Assembly (NCBI GenBank): GCA_003242035.1
Contig: QBMC01000005.1
Span: 577 to 64,576 of the forward strand
DNA from: Leptolyngbya foveolarum
GTDB taxonomy: Bacteria > Cyanobacteriota > Cyanobacteriia > Phormidesmidales > Phormidesmidaceae
Length of the DNA: 64,000 nt
Reading direction: 5' to 3'
The position numbers and the translations under genes are program-made. Position 1 is the stretch's first letter, and each line of letters begins with the position of its first letter. The notes beneath the pieces are model-generated. The model ran no database searches. It saw only the letters and a list, made by a program, of their open reading frames with translations, and was not told the DNA's origin. Of this stretch, positions 44,693 through 54,776 are shown one piece after another.

Positions 44693-45988
44693 TTGGCAAA
44701 AGTCGTCCTAGAAAATATCTACAAAACCTTCTCAGGCGGTTCCTCCCAAAAGAACATTCGCTCTAGCCCAACAGCGTCAGCTCAAAATTCTAAAGCAACG
44801 CCTACAAATTTAGCTAAACCCTCAGCCCATCCTAATCGCCCTGTCCTTAACGACATCAATCTCACGGTTGAAGACGGCGAGTTTATGGTGCTAGTTGGCC
44901 CTTCTGGCTGTGGTAAGAGCACACTGCTCCGGCTGATTTCTGGCCTGGAAACGATCACGGGCGGTAATGTTTGGGTGGGCGATCGCAAAGTCAACACCCT
45001 CCCCCCCAAACAGCGCGACATCGCCATGGTGTTCCAAAGCTACGCTCTCTACCCTCACCTCAGCGTCTACGACAATCTCGCCTTTGGGCTGAGACGCGCC
45101 CCCGATCAAACACGCACTCAGAAAGACTTTGTTGCTAACGCTTTTGCAAATACGCTCGCCAGTCTAATTCGTCCGTTACCAGGCTCACTTCAGTATCAGT
45201 CCAAGGCTGAGAGGGCGATCGCCCAGCGCATTCAAAGCATCGCCCAAATGCTACAAATCGAAGATCTTCTGACCCGCTTACCCAAACAGCTCTCCGGCGG
45301 ACAAAAGCAGCGCGTCGCCCTCGGCAGAGCCATGGCCCGCAGCCCTCAAGTCTTCCTGATGGACGAACCTCTCTCCAACCTCGATGCCAAGCTGCGCACC
45401 GAAACCCGTACCCAAATTGTCGGCCTTCAGCGGCAGCTCGCCACCACCACTATCTACGTCACCCACGATCAAACCGAAGCTATGACCATGGGCGATCGCA
45501 TTGCCGTTATGAATCAGGGAAAAATCCAGCAAATCGCCGCCCCGTTAGATCTTTACCGTCAGCCCGCCAACCGTTTCGTCGCCGCGTTCATTGGTTCACC
45601 CCCCATGAACTTTCTCACCGTCAGCGTTAAGGGCACGCAGCTTGTTCATCCTGCTTTTACGGTGCCGCTTTCAGTCGCATGGGAGCAGGCGATCGCCCCC
45701 TACAAAGACCACCTCATCACCCTTGGCATTCGCCCAGAGCACATAGAACTCGGCCAACAACCCGGCTCCATTCCCGTCACTGTTACCCAAGTTGAAGCAC
45801 TCGGTAGCGAAACCTTCGTCCTCGCTCAACTCCCTAACAGCGATCGCACGGTAACAGCAACCCAAATCCAAATTCGCATTCCTGCTGACCGCCCCGTACA
45901 TCCCGGCAGCATCCTACAAGTCAACTTCTCACTCACTAAAATCCATCTCTTTGACAGCACCACAGAAGACTCTATCCGCCCCCTTTAA
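44693..45988 (+). CDS. Sugar ABC transporter ATP-binding protein (MalK/GgtA type)
   Basis: GPSGCGKST, MVFQSYALYPH, LSGGQKQR, YVTHDQ and C-terminal TOBE region. TTG start. Confidence 0.92.
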   Translation: MAKVVLENIYKTFSGGSSQKNIRSSPTASAQNSKATPTNLAKPSAHPNRPVLNDINLTVEDGEFMVLVGPSGCGKSTLLRLISGLETITGGNVWVGDRKVNTLPPKQRDIAMVFQSYALYPHLSVYDNLAFGLRRAPDQTRTQKDFVANAFANTLASLIRPLPGSLQYQSKAERAIAQRIQSIAQMLQIEDLLTRLPKQLSGGQKQRVALGRAMARSPQVFLMDEPLSNLDAKLRTETRTQIVGLQRQLATTTIYVTHDQTEAMTMGDRIAVMNQGKIQQIAAPLDLYRQPANRFVAAFIGSPPMNFLTVSVKGTQLVHPAFTVPLSVAWEQAIAPYKDHLITLGIRPEHIELGQQPGSIPVTVTQVEALGSETFVLAQLPNSDRTVTATQIQIRIPADRPVHPGSILQVNFSLTKIHLFDSTTEDSIRPL

Positions 45989-46102
45989 AGCAGGCGATAG
46001 CAATCATCTCATCATGCTTACTGCCCAAAGAAAATCCCTTCTGGCAGGGTGACGCGCAGCGACGGGATGGGTTCATCGACCTGTGCTGTACACCAAAACC
46101 CT

Positions 46103-46525
46103 CTAAAGCTCGTCCTCATCCACCATATTCGGACTAATCAACGTAATATCAAACTCATCGGGAGCCGCACCCGTAAACGTATCGCGCGCTAGCTGATAAA
46201 AAATTGCGCGAGCCTGCGGCCCAAACACAATTTCATCCTCATTGCTCAGATCGTGCGCCTGCACCTTCCGGCCATTAATCATCATGCCGTTCGCACTCGG
46301 CTTTCCCTTCAAATTACCATCCACAATCCGGTAATAATCCGTCTCATTATCTTTCGGCAACTGCACCAAAGTCGCATGATGACGCGATACAAACTGCGAC
46401 GCCAATCGAATATCGCACTTCGGATCTCGGCCAATCGAATATACCGAGCTATCCAGCGCAATCTCCCGGCGTCCCTGGCTATCTTCCACAATCAAGATAC
46501 TAGTCAGCTTAGAATCCGAAGACAT
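46103..46525 (-). CDS. FHA domain protein
   Basis: SIGRDPKCDI, VSRHHA, SANG and DEIVFG. Confidence 0.9.
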   Translation of the reverse strand: MSSDSKLTSILIVEDSQGRREIALDSSVYSIGRDPKCDIRLASQFVSRHHATLVQLPKDNETDYYRIVDGNLKGKPSANGMMINGRKVQAHDLSNEDEIVFGPQARAIFYQLARDTFTGAAPDEFDITLISPNMVDEDEL

Positions 46526-46595
46526 ATCTAGCGCCACATAAAACAAGCAAAGCAAGCAAACACAATCATACTAGATGACCATCCCCCACCCAAGC

Positions 46596-46627
46596 AAAAA
46601 GAGGCCACCTGAAAAAGGCAACCTCTT
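46596..46627 (-). terminator. Candidate terminator downstream of prk
   Basis: Minus strand reads GAGGTTGCCT-TTTTC-AGGTGGCCTC-TTTTT (G-U-rich stem, U tract). Confidence 0.45.
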
Positions 46628-46708
46628 CGACGGCTACGCAAACGCTTAAGCCAGCAGCTCATTAAAACCAAACGAGCAAAACCTACCGAACTGAGTCAAT
46701 AAAACCAA

Positions 46709-47716
46709 CTACGCCGCAGAGCCAGCAGGCACCTTAGCCTTGGTTGTTAGAGATTCATAAGTCGCTCTCATTTTCAAACCAACTAGCACCTGAAACAAAC
46801 CACTACCATTCTTAGACCCCGGATACTCTCGGTGCTTTAGCAATAGCTCAGTCATCTCGCCGTAGTTCTTGGTCGAGATATTGCTCAAATGGCTCTCAAT
46901 GTAGATCACCTCTTCCAAGCGATCAAACTCACCGTCTAGCTCCAGCACAGAGACTTCATTCCCAAAGTAGCTATCAGGCCCGTAGTGCATACGCAAGCCA
47001 GGATAGGAGCAGGTCAGTTTACGGCCACAAGGCGTCCAGTCAATCGTCGAACCCTGGTCGAACAAATAAACTGGATCGAAGCCCTCAACATCCTCACGCT
47101 GAATCAATCGAACGCGTAAGATTTTGTTTTCCTTATCATCAGGAATCAGCTCAGTCGGCAAAATCTGAATCACCACATCGGCATACTGCTTTTGTATATC
47201 TACATAAGCCTCAAAATCAGGCTTACGCGCATTGATAGCCATCAGCACGTCGTCATACGTATGGCCCCGCTCAGCCATATCTCGCTGAATTTTCCAATTA
47301 ATCTTGACTTCGTCACTAATATCTAGATAAACGCTAAAGTCCAGCAGACTGCGCACTCGTTCGTCATACAGCGGATGCAGACCCTCAATTACGACAATCT
47401 TATTTGGCTCTACCTTCTCCGGCGGATCTAGCTCACCCGTTTCATGATTATAGATAGGCTTATCAATCGCGTTGCCTTCCTTTAGCGCCTTAATCTGCTC
47501 ATACATCAGATCAAAATTGTTCGCCTTCGGGTTCAGCGCCGTCACCTTCTGCTCTTTACGTTGCTTACGATCCAGGCTGTGATAGTCATCCAAACAGATA
47601 ACCGTCATAAACTGCTCGCCAAAAAGGTCACTCAAGCGACGTAAGAAGGTGGACTTGCCGCAGCCTGAGTCCCCAGCTACACCGATTAAAACTACCTGGT
47701 TTTCATTACTGGCCAT
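46709..47716 (-). CDS. prk: Phosphoribulokinase
   Basis: GVAGDSGCGKST, CLDDYHSLDR, KIQRDMAERGH. Confidence 0.97.
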   Translation of the reverse strand: MASNENQVVLIGVAGDSGCGKSTFLRRLSDLFGEQFMTVICLDDYHSLDRKQRKEQKVTALNPKANNFDLMYEQIKALKEGNAIDKPIYNHETGELDPPEKVEPNKIVVIEGLHPLYDERVRSLLDFSVYLDISDEVKINWKIQRDMAERGHTYDDVLMAINARKPDFEAYVDIQKQYADVVIQILPTELIPDDKENKILRVRLIQREDVEGFDPVYLFDQGSTIDWTPCGRKLTCSYPGLRMHYGPDSYFGNEVSVLELDGEFDRLEEVIYIESHLSNISTKNYGEMTELLLKHREYPGSKNGSGLFQVLVGLKMRATYESLTTKAKVPAGSAA

Positions 47717-48007
47717 AGGATCCTTCTACCACAAAGTCAAAATTATTTTTAAAGAGTTCAACAGGCTGACACCGCAATCCACATCAACTCACCCAACCGA
47801 CAAATCAAACGCCGATATGTCAATAGATCTATGGTCAAGATCTATAGTCAATATTATCAGACACTAGGACACCCAAACAAGCCGCCCATTCGGTAGATAG
47901 AGACCTTAGGATGAGCAAAGTTTTTTGCCGCAAGCGCTATCTTCGACAACAACGAGCGCTATCCTCGCTAACAGGATGGAATCCAATAGCTCCAGATGAT
48001 AATCTAA

Positions 48008-49273
<1,266 letters not shown>

Positions 49274-49308
49274 ATCTGGTCATCTATTAAGCCCATACTC
49301 ATCACTCA

Positions 49309-49332
49309 CAGTTGATGAATCAGTTGATGAAT
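49309..49332. repeat. 12-bp tandem duplication
   Basis: CAGTTGATGAAT twice. Confidence 0.7.
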
Positions 49333-49336
49333 CCTT

Positions 49337-49368
49337 AAGGAGGGGCACTCACCAGAGCGTCCCTCCTT
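49337..49368 (+). terminator. Terminator-like hairpin after petH
   Basis: Stem AAGGAGGG / CCCTCCTT followed by TA. Confidence 0.55.
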
Positions 49369-49381
49369 TACAATTGGGGGG

Positions 49382-50704
49382 TTGTTTTCATCAGGTTATA
49401 GGACATTGGATTTAACGGCGGCGCTAAAAGTAGGAATATTGGGCCTGGGCACGGTAGGTACGGGCGTTGCCAAAATTCTTTTGGACACAGAGGGCCGTCA
49501 TCCGTTGCTCAAAGAGATTGAGATTGTGCAGGTGGGGGTGCGATCGCAAAAACCTCGCAACATCAGCCTTCCCACCCACCTATACACCACCGATCTCCCG
49601 AGCATCGTCACCAACCCCGACATCGACATTATCATCGAAGTCATCGGTGGGTTAGAACCCGCTCGTACGCTTATTCTCCAAGCTATTGACAGCGGCAAAC
49701 ACGTCATCACTGCCAACAAAGCCGTCATCTCTCGCTACGGCGAAGAAATTTACGAAGCCGCTAACGCTAAAGGCGTCTACGTGATGACCGAAGCCGCAGT
49801 CGGCGGCGGTATTCCTATTATCACCCCGCTCAAACAGGCTCTCAGCGTCAACCGCATTCAAGCCGTTATGGGTATTATCAACGGCACCACCAACTACATC
49901 CTCACTCGGATGCAAACCGAGGGCGGCGACTTCGAGCCGATTCTTGCAGACGCCCAAGCTCTAGGTTACGCCGAGGCCGATCCCACCGCTGATGTAGACG
50001 GGTTAGACGCCGCCGATAAAATTGCCATTCTCGCGGCCCTGGCCTTCGGCGGACGCATCGACCGCGAAAAAATTTACTGCGAAGGCATCCGCAACGTCAG
50101 CGCTGCCGACATCACCTACGCCGAAAATTTGGGCTTTGTGATTAAGTTGCTGGCGATCGCCAAACTCCCCAACGAAGACAACGCTGGCCGCATTCAGGCG
50201 CGAGTCCATCCCACTCTCGTCCCCATCGACCATCCCCTTGCCAACGTCAATGGCGTTAATAACGCCGTCTTAGTAGAAGGCGACCCCATCGGCCAAGTTA
50301 TGTTCTACGGCCCCGGAGCGGGAGAAGGCCCCACCGCTAGCGCCGTCGTTTCAGACCTGCTCAGCATTGCCGCAACGCTAGCCAACGGCCAAACACTTAA
50401 TCCCTTACTTGCCTGCTCTCACAGTCACAGATTAGACATCGTCCCCAATAACGAAGTCGTCACCCGTCTCTATGTCCGCCTTTTAGTCAAAGACACTCCT
50501 GGCGTAATCGGCAAACTCGGCACCTGCTTCGGCAACCACAGCGTCAGCCTAGAATCTATCGTCCAAATCGGCATCCAAAACGGCTTGGTAGAGCTAGTCG
50601 TCGTCACCCACGAAGTCCAAGAGGGAGCCTTTCAGAAAGCGCTTGCCGAAATCCGCCAGTTCCCGGAAGTTCAAGACATTCCCAGCCTGCTCCACGTTCT
50701 GTAA
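49382..50704 (+). CDS. hom: Homoserine dehydrogenase with ACT domain (exact start uncertain)
   Basis: GILGLGTVG, VITANK, EAAVGGGIP, INGTTNYIL and C-terminal ACT domain. Confidence 0.93.
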   Translation: MFSSGYRTLDLTAALKVGILGLGTVGTGVAKILLDTEGRHPLLKEIEIVQVGVRSQKPRNISLPTHLYTTDLPSIVTNPDIDIIIEVIGGLEPARTLILQAIDSGKHVITANKAVISRYGEEIYEAANAKGVYVMTEAAVGGGIPIITPLKQALSVNRIQAVMGIINGTTNYILTRMQTEGGDFEPILADAQALGYAEADPTADVDGLDAADKIAILAALAFGGRIDREKIYCEGIRNVSAADITYAENLGFVIKLLAIAKLPNEDNAGRIQARVHPTLVPIDHPLANVNGVNNAVLVEGDPIGQVMFYGPGAGEGPTASAVVSDLLSIAATLANGQTLNPLLACSHSHRLDIVPNNEVVTRLYVRLLVKDTPGVIGKLGTCFGNHSVSLESIVQIGIQNGLVELVVVTHEVQEGAFQKALAEIRQFPEVQDIPSLLHVL

Positions 50705-51613
50705 ATGACAAAGCACTCCATCGCTGGCGAAGATCTCTACCAATGGAAAAACTGGGCAGTGCAGCTCGCAAAAGAAAACAACGTTGACGCGAGTGAGATA
50801 GATTGGCTGCTTCAAGGACTCACCTCTTTGAGCAGCTTATCGCTTAGGTTAGGAGACTACCGAGATCAAAAAATAATCTCCTCTAAGGTCTCTATCACAA
50901 CGCTCGAAGAGAAATGGCATCAGCGCATAAACAACCGCGTCCCGGTGCAATATCTCGTAGGCGACACCCCTTGGCGAAACTTTTCGCTAACCGTAACGCC
51001 AGATGTTCTTATTCCGCGCCCAGAAACAGAACTCATCATAGATATTGTTAAAGAGATGATCGAGCAAAGTCCTATTAGAGATAGATTGATAGAAGGGCAG
51101 TGGGCTGATTTAGGGACTGGGAGTGGCGCGATCACCCTAGCCCTAGCCCACCAGTTTCCCCAGGCCACCATCCACGCAGTTGATATCAGTGACAAAGCAA
51201 TTGCGATCGCTCAACTCAACGCCCAGCAAAACAACCTCGCCAACCGCATCCAATTTCACCAAGGCAGTTGGCTCGATCCGTTGTCCATCTTAAAAGGCCA
51301 GCTTGCCGCCATCATCTCGAACCCGCCCTATATCCCTACTCAAACCGTCCTCACCCTTCAGCCAGAAGTCGAAAAACACGAACCTCACCTAGCCTTAGAT
51401 GGTGGAACAGATGGACTAGACAGCATTCGACAGATTATCACCCAAGGAGCGCTCTACTTACAACCTAACGGCCTTTGGCTAATAGAACTCATGGCTGGAC
51501 AAGCCCGAGCCGTCAAAACCTTACTCATAAACCAAAATAGCTATGCCAACATCCAAATCCATCAAGACCTATCCGGTATCCAAAGATTCGTCTCCGCCCG
51601 CAAAGCCCTATAA
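50705..51613 (+). CDS. prmC: Release factor glutamine methyltransferase HemK
   Basis: VLIPRPETE, DLGTGSG, NPPY and ALDGG.DGL. Confidence 0.95.
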   Translation: MTKHSIAGEDLYQWKNWAVQLAKENNVDASEIDWLLQGLTSLSSLSLRLGDYRDQKIISSKVSITTLEEKWHQRINNRVPVQYLVGDTPWRNFSLTVTPDVLIPRPETELIIDIVKEMIEQSPIRDRLIEGQWADLGTGSGAITLALAHQFPQATIHAVDISDKAIAIAQLNAQQNNLANRIQFHQGSWLDPLSILKGQLAAIISNPPYIPTQTVLTLQPEVEKHEPHLALDGGTDGLDSIRQIITQGALYLQPNGLWLIELMAGQARAVKTLLINQNSYANIQIHQDLSGIQRFVSARKAL

Positions 51614-51642
51614 TTCGTGAACCCTCACCTCTCTAAAGAAAT

Positions 51643-51750
51643 ATGGAAAGCACAGCTTCATTCGATTGGATTTTAGGATTGATTGCGATCGCCATCCTCC
51701 TCGGCGGCCTCTTTCTCCTCTTCGACGGCATCAACGGTGGCATTGACTGA
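51643..51750 (+). CDS. Unannotated small single-TM protein (35 aa)
   Basis: Manual translation: MESTASFDWILGLIAIAILLGGLFLLFDGINGGID*. Confidence 0.6.
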   Translation: MESTASFDWILGLIAIAILLGGLFLLFDGINGGID

Positions 51751-51795
51751 ACGAAACTAGGCTTTCTCGTTTATTTAGCAGCTTGAATGATGACT

Positions 51796-52320
51796 TTAGT
51801 GGCAATACTTTCCGTTTTCTGGAACAGCTTGCTCTTTAGCAATCCGAGTCGCGCCCACTAGCGTTGAAACGACTACACAGCGTTTAATATCTGGGAAACG
51901 CTCGTTTGATAGCGTTGCCCGTCCAAGTCGATAGCGAACATTGCCTTTTTCATCAAACTGAACGTAATAAACGTCACCTGTTGTTGCTAAATTAGTCTCC
52001 CCATCAAGACGTATTGATGGACTAAGTGGCTCCCAGCCAGCCAAGCTCGGTAACAAAGTCGATGGATGTACCGCCATTTCTACTTTTCCTGAAGTCTCTC
52101 GAACACTGAATTGCCAAGAAATACTTTCTTGCTGAGACTTGGCTTGAGCCTGTTGTATGCCCTGCCGAAGCTTCCCCCGTGCCATTGTCGTACGGTGCCC
52201 TGCCAAAAACCTCAGCCATCCGGGAACAACAATAGCAGCCACAATTCCGACGATGACAACAACAACCATTAGCTCTATCAGAGTAAAGCCGCGTTGATAG
52301 TTATTATTACTTTGCTTCAT
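51796..52320 (-). CDS. Type IV minor pilin/pseudopilin (FimT/GspH-like)
   Basis: Prepilin site QRG|FTLIELMVVVVIVG. Confidence 0.9.
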   Translation of the reverse strand: MKQSNNNYQRGFTLIELMVVVVIVGIVAAIVVPGWLRFLAGHRTTMARGKLRQGIQQAQAKSQQESISWQFSVRETSGKVEMAVHPSTLLPSLAGWEPLSPSIRLDGETNLATTGDVYYVQFDEKGNVRYRLGRATLSNERFPDIKRCVVVSTLVGATRIAKEQAVPENGKYCH

Positions 52321-52399
52321 TTTTTAAAGCGTATGAAGATAGAAAGCGATTACGGTGGTGCATAAGAGAAAACACTTTCGATAGTTTAGGAGCAAAGAT

Positions 52400-52936
52400 C
52401 TAAAGTCCTAAATTTGGATTATTGCAAGTAGATTCTTTAGCTTCGATGATGCTACCTAAAGGACTATTTACTATTAAACATTTTTGACCATTACTGTTGT
52501 TATTAGCAGTAATTTTGATAACAAAAGGAATATTATTTTCAGCAACTCTACCCTTGTAGTCAAAGGTTAGAGGGCTAGTGGAAGCCATCGAACCAATAAA
52601 CGACGCAATTTGGATGTTCTGAGTTTTTGAACCCAAGGTGACAGCAGGATAAAGACTTCCAGCAGTTGATAGCGCAGCAACTGGGCCATTTGCCGTAGAA
52701 CTCAAAACAACACTGTAAGGCATAGATTTTTGCTGAGCTTTCGTTTGCGCATCTTTCAAGACAGCTTTTAGCTCCGAGCGAACAGTTGTTACCCGTTGCC
52801 GATTAAGATAGCTCAACCAACCAGGTGCTGCAATGCTGCCCAGTATACCGACAATTACGACGACGACTAACAGCTCAATAAGGGTAAACCCAGAACTCTG
52901 TAAAGAGGACTGAGATTTTTCAATTTTCATGATCAA
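52400..52936 (-). CDS. Type IV minor pilin/pseudopilin (FimT/GspH-like)
   Basis: Prepilin site SSG|FTLIELLVVVVIVG. Confidence 0.9.
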   Translation of the reverse strand: MIMKIEKSQSSLQSSGFTLIELLVVVVIVGILGSIAAPGWLSYLNRQRVTTVRSELKAVLKDAQTKAQQKSMPYSVVLSSTANGPVAALSTAGSLYPAVTLGSKTQNIQIASFIGSMASTSPLTFDYKGRVAENNIPFVIKITANNNSNGQKCLIVNSPLGSIIEAKESTCNNPNLGL

Positions 52937-52952
52937 TGTCCTGAAAAAATCT

Positions 52953-53927
52953 TTAGTTCGTTGGGGTTTTATCTATCACGCCGCGCATTAAAACTCTTGT
53001 TTCTAATGTGGGCAGTGAACTATCGTTACCTGTCCTAATTCCAATAGAACCGCCTGCGCCGTCTATACTCCCTCTTAAAAAGAGATAGGCATCTTGGTTG
53101 CCATTGCCACTCGCATCTGCGATGGTAGGAGAAGGATCTCGAACACAGCCAAAGAAGCTTGTAGCAGGAGTCGCAGTTGTTGCCGCAGTACTGGGAACAA
53201 GCTTGTAGTTAGCGCCTAGCGTGCTGCACGGCGGAGAATCGCTTAGCGGTGACTTGGTATACGGCGTAGAAGGAGCATCAACAAAATCGACAAGTACGTT
53301 TTTGGTTCCGTCTGTGGATGCACCTAATCGAGTCCATCCCGAAAAAGAAACATCGGTAGACGCTGGATCCTGATAACCGGAGGTAAGCGCCAAGGTAGTC
53401 ATATTACTGTATTTATCTAATTCGTATCTGATAATTCTTGATCTACCCAGCCAGTTAGGGTTACTGTCTCTGGTCTTTTGAAAGTAAATAACTAAACTAT
53501 AGGACGACCGCCTAATTCTAAGAACATCACACTCATCTTTCTTTATTGGGTCTGCGATCAAAGTGCAGACTGGTATATTGCTAACCGGATCAGGCCGCCA
53601 AAAGGCCAAAATTGGGACACTTCTCGCCGGACTATCAGATAGCTGTGTAGCCACTGTTGTAGGGTCGTCATAGATATAAACAGCTTCTCTAATATCGTCA
53701 GTAATGTAGTTGAGTGCTCTTTGCATATCTCGCTGGGTTTGGTCGAGTATCGACTCACGGCGATCAATTTGGAGGAGTTCAACAATTACATACAGCAAGC
53801 CAGAGACCACTATGCCAGCGACTATCATCGCGACTAATAGCTCTAACAGCGTAAATCCAGAAATTCCCAAGCGTTTGGACTTGAAGAGCATTCGGTGTAG
53901 ATGATTTTTGAGGGTAGGCAACGCCAT
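52953..53927 (-). CDS. Type IV minor pilin (PilW-like; HpsC-type)
   Basis: Prepilin site ISG|FTLLELLVAM followed by a long Cys-containing globular domain. Confidence 0.85.
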   Translation of the reverse strand: MALPTLKNHLHRMLFKSKRLGISGFTLLELLVAMIVAGIVVSGLLYVIVELLQIDRRESILDQTQRDMQRALNYITDDIREAVYIYDDPTTVATQLSDSPARSVPILAFWRPDPVSNIPVCTLIADPIKKDECDVLRIRRSSYSLVIYFQKTRDSNPNWLGRSRIIRYELDKYSNMTTLALTSGYQDPASTDVSFSGWTRLGASTDGTKNVLVDFVDAPSTPYTKSPLSDSPPCSTLGANYKLVPSTAATTATPATSFFGCVRDPSPTIADASGNGNQDAYLFLRGSIDGAGGSIGIRTGNDSSLPTLETRVLMRGVIDKTPTN

Positions 53928-54021
53928 ATCGTTGTTTTGGTAGGAGAGGTGCTAAGGATCAAGCAAGAGGTGAAAGATTGAGAAGAGAGGTTAAGGGGCA
54001 AGTAAAAAGATTCCTAAAAAA

Positions 54022-54711
54022 TTAAAGACAGTCTTCTATACCAGCCGTTGAATCAGTCGGTTTCGATACATATTTCCAGTATTCACAAAGTGCGCCATCT
54101 TTATCACCTTTAAAGATACTGGTATAAATGACGGCCAAAGGACGACTTCCCCGTTGTCCATCGCCGCTGGTAAAGTTCAATCTGGCAGTAGAGTCTGCTC
54201 GCAGAGCAATTCCTTGTGCCTGGGCGCGTTGTACAGCTGCTAAATCGTAAACTCTTACGCCTAGCTCAAACGCTGCTTTTGTCGGTGAGGAACTAGACCC
54301 TTGCGTACGAAAAATTTGAGCAGCAAATTCATATTCGGCATCATCGTCAATGTTTATTAGCTTAGCGACGTCCGTCGTCATGGTGCTGTCTAACGATACT
54401 GCGGTTGAATTAGGTGCTGGAGTAGCCGTAATAGCTGTGCTTGTCACAGGATAGGTAGCTATTAAGGACGCATAGCTACCTCGCTCTATGCTAAGACGAA
54501 CCTGATCCACTTCGGCTTTAGCCACTTGCAGTGCCTGCTCAGCCCGCTGACTTTGAACCCGAGTTGCCATAGAAAACACCATGACAGGTGCCATTACCCC
54601 GGTTGTGACTCCGATCATCGCGATCGCCACCAAACACTCAATCAGCGTTAATCCATCCGCATTTGCTGTACGGCCTACCTGGGATATGAAAGATTTTTGG
54701 TAACGATTCAT
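54022..54711 (-). CDS. Type IV minor pilin (PilV-like; HpsB-type)
   Basis: Prepilin site ADG|LTLIECLVAIAM. Start set at ATG 54711. Confidence 0.85.
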   Translation of the reverse strand: MNRYQKSFISQVGRTANADGLTLIECLVAIAMIGVTTGVMAPVMVFSMATRVQSQRAEQALQVAKAEVDQVRLSIERGSYASLIATYPVTSTAITATPAPNSTAVSLDSTMTTDVAKLINIDDDAEYEFAAQIFRTQGSSSSPTKAAFELGVRVYDLAAVQRAQAQGIALRADSTARLNFTSGDGQRGSRPLAVIYTSIFKGDKDGALCEYWKYVSKPTDSTAGIEDCL

Positions 54712-54776
54712 CTGCTCTTTCTCACATTGTGGAATTAGGTCAAGCACTAAACAGGTAACAGGTTTAAGCTTGGGTT

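Noticed and set aside
46020-46095. GC-rich stretch between the ABC ATPase and FHA genes as an ncRNA
   Set aside because: Only a weak hairpin (ATCCC...GGGAT), with no match to an RNA family I recognise.
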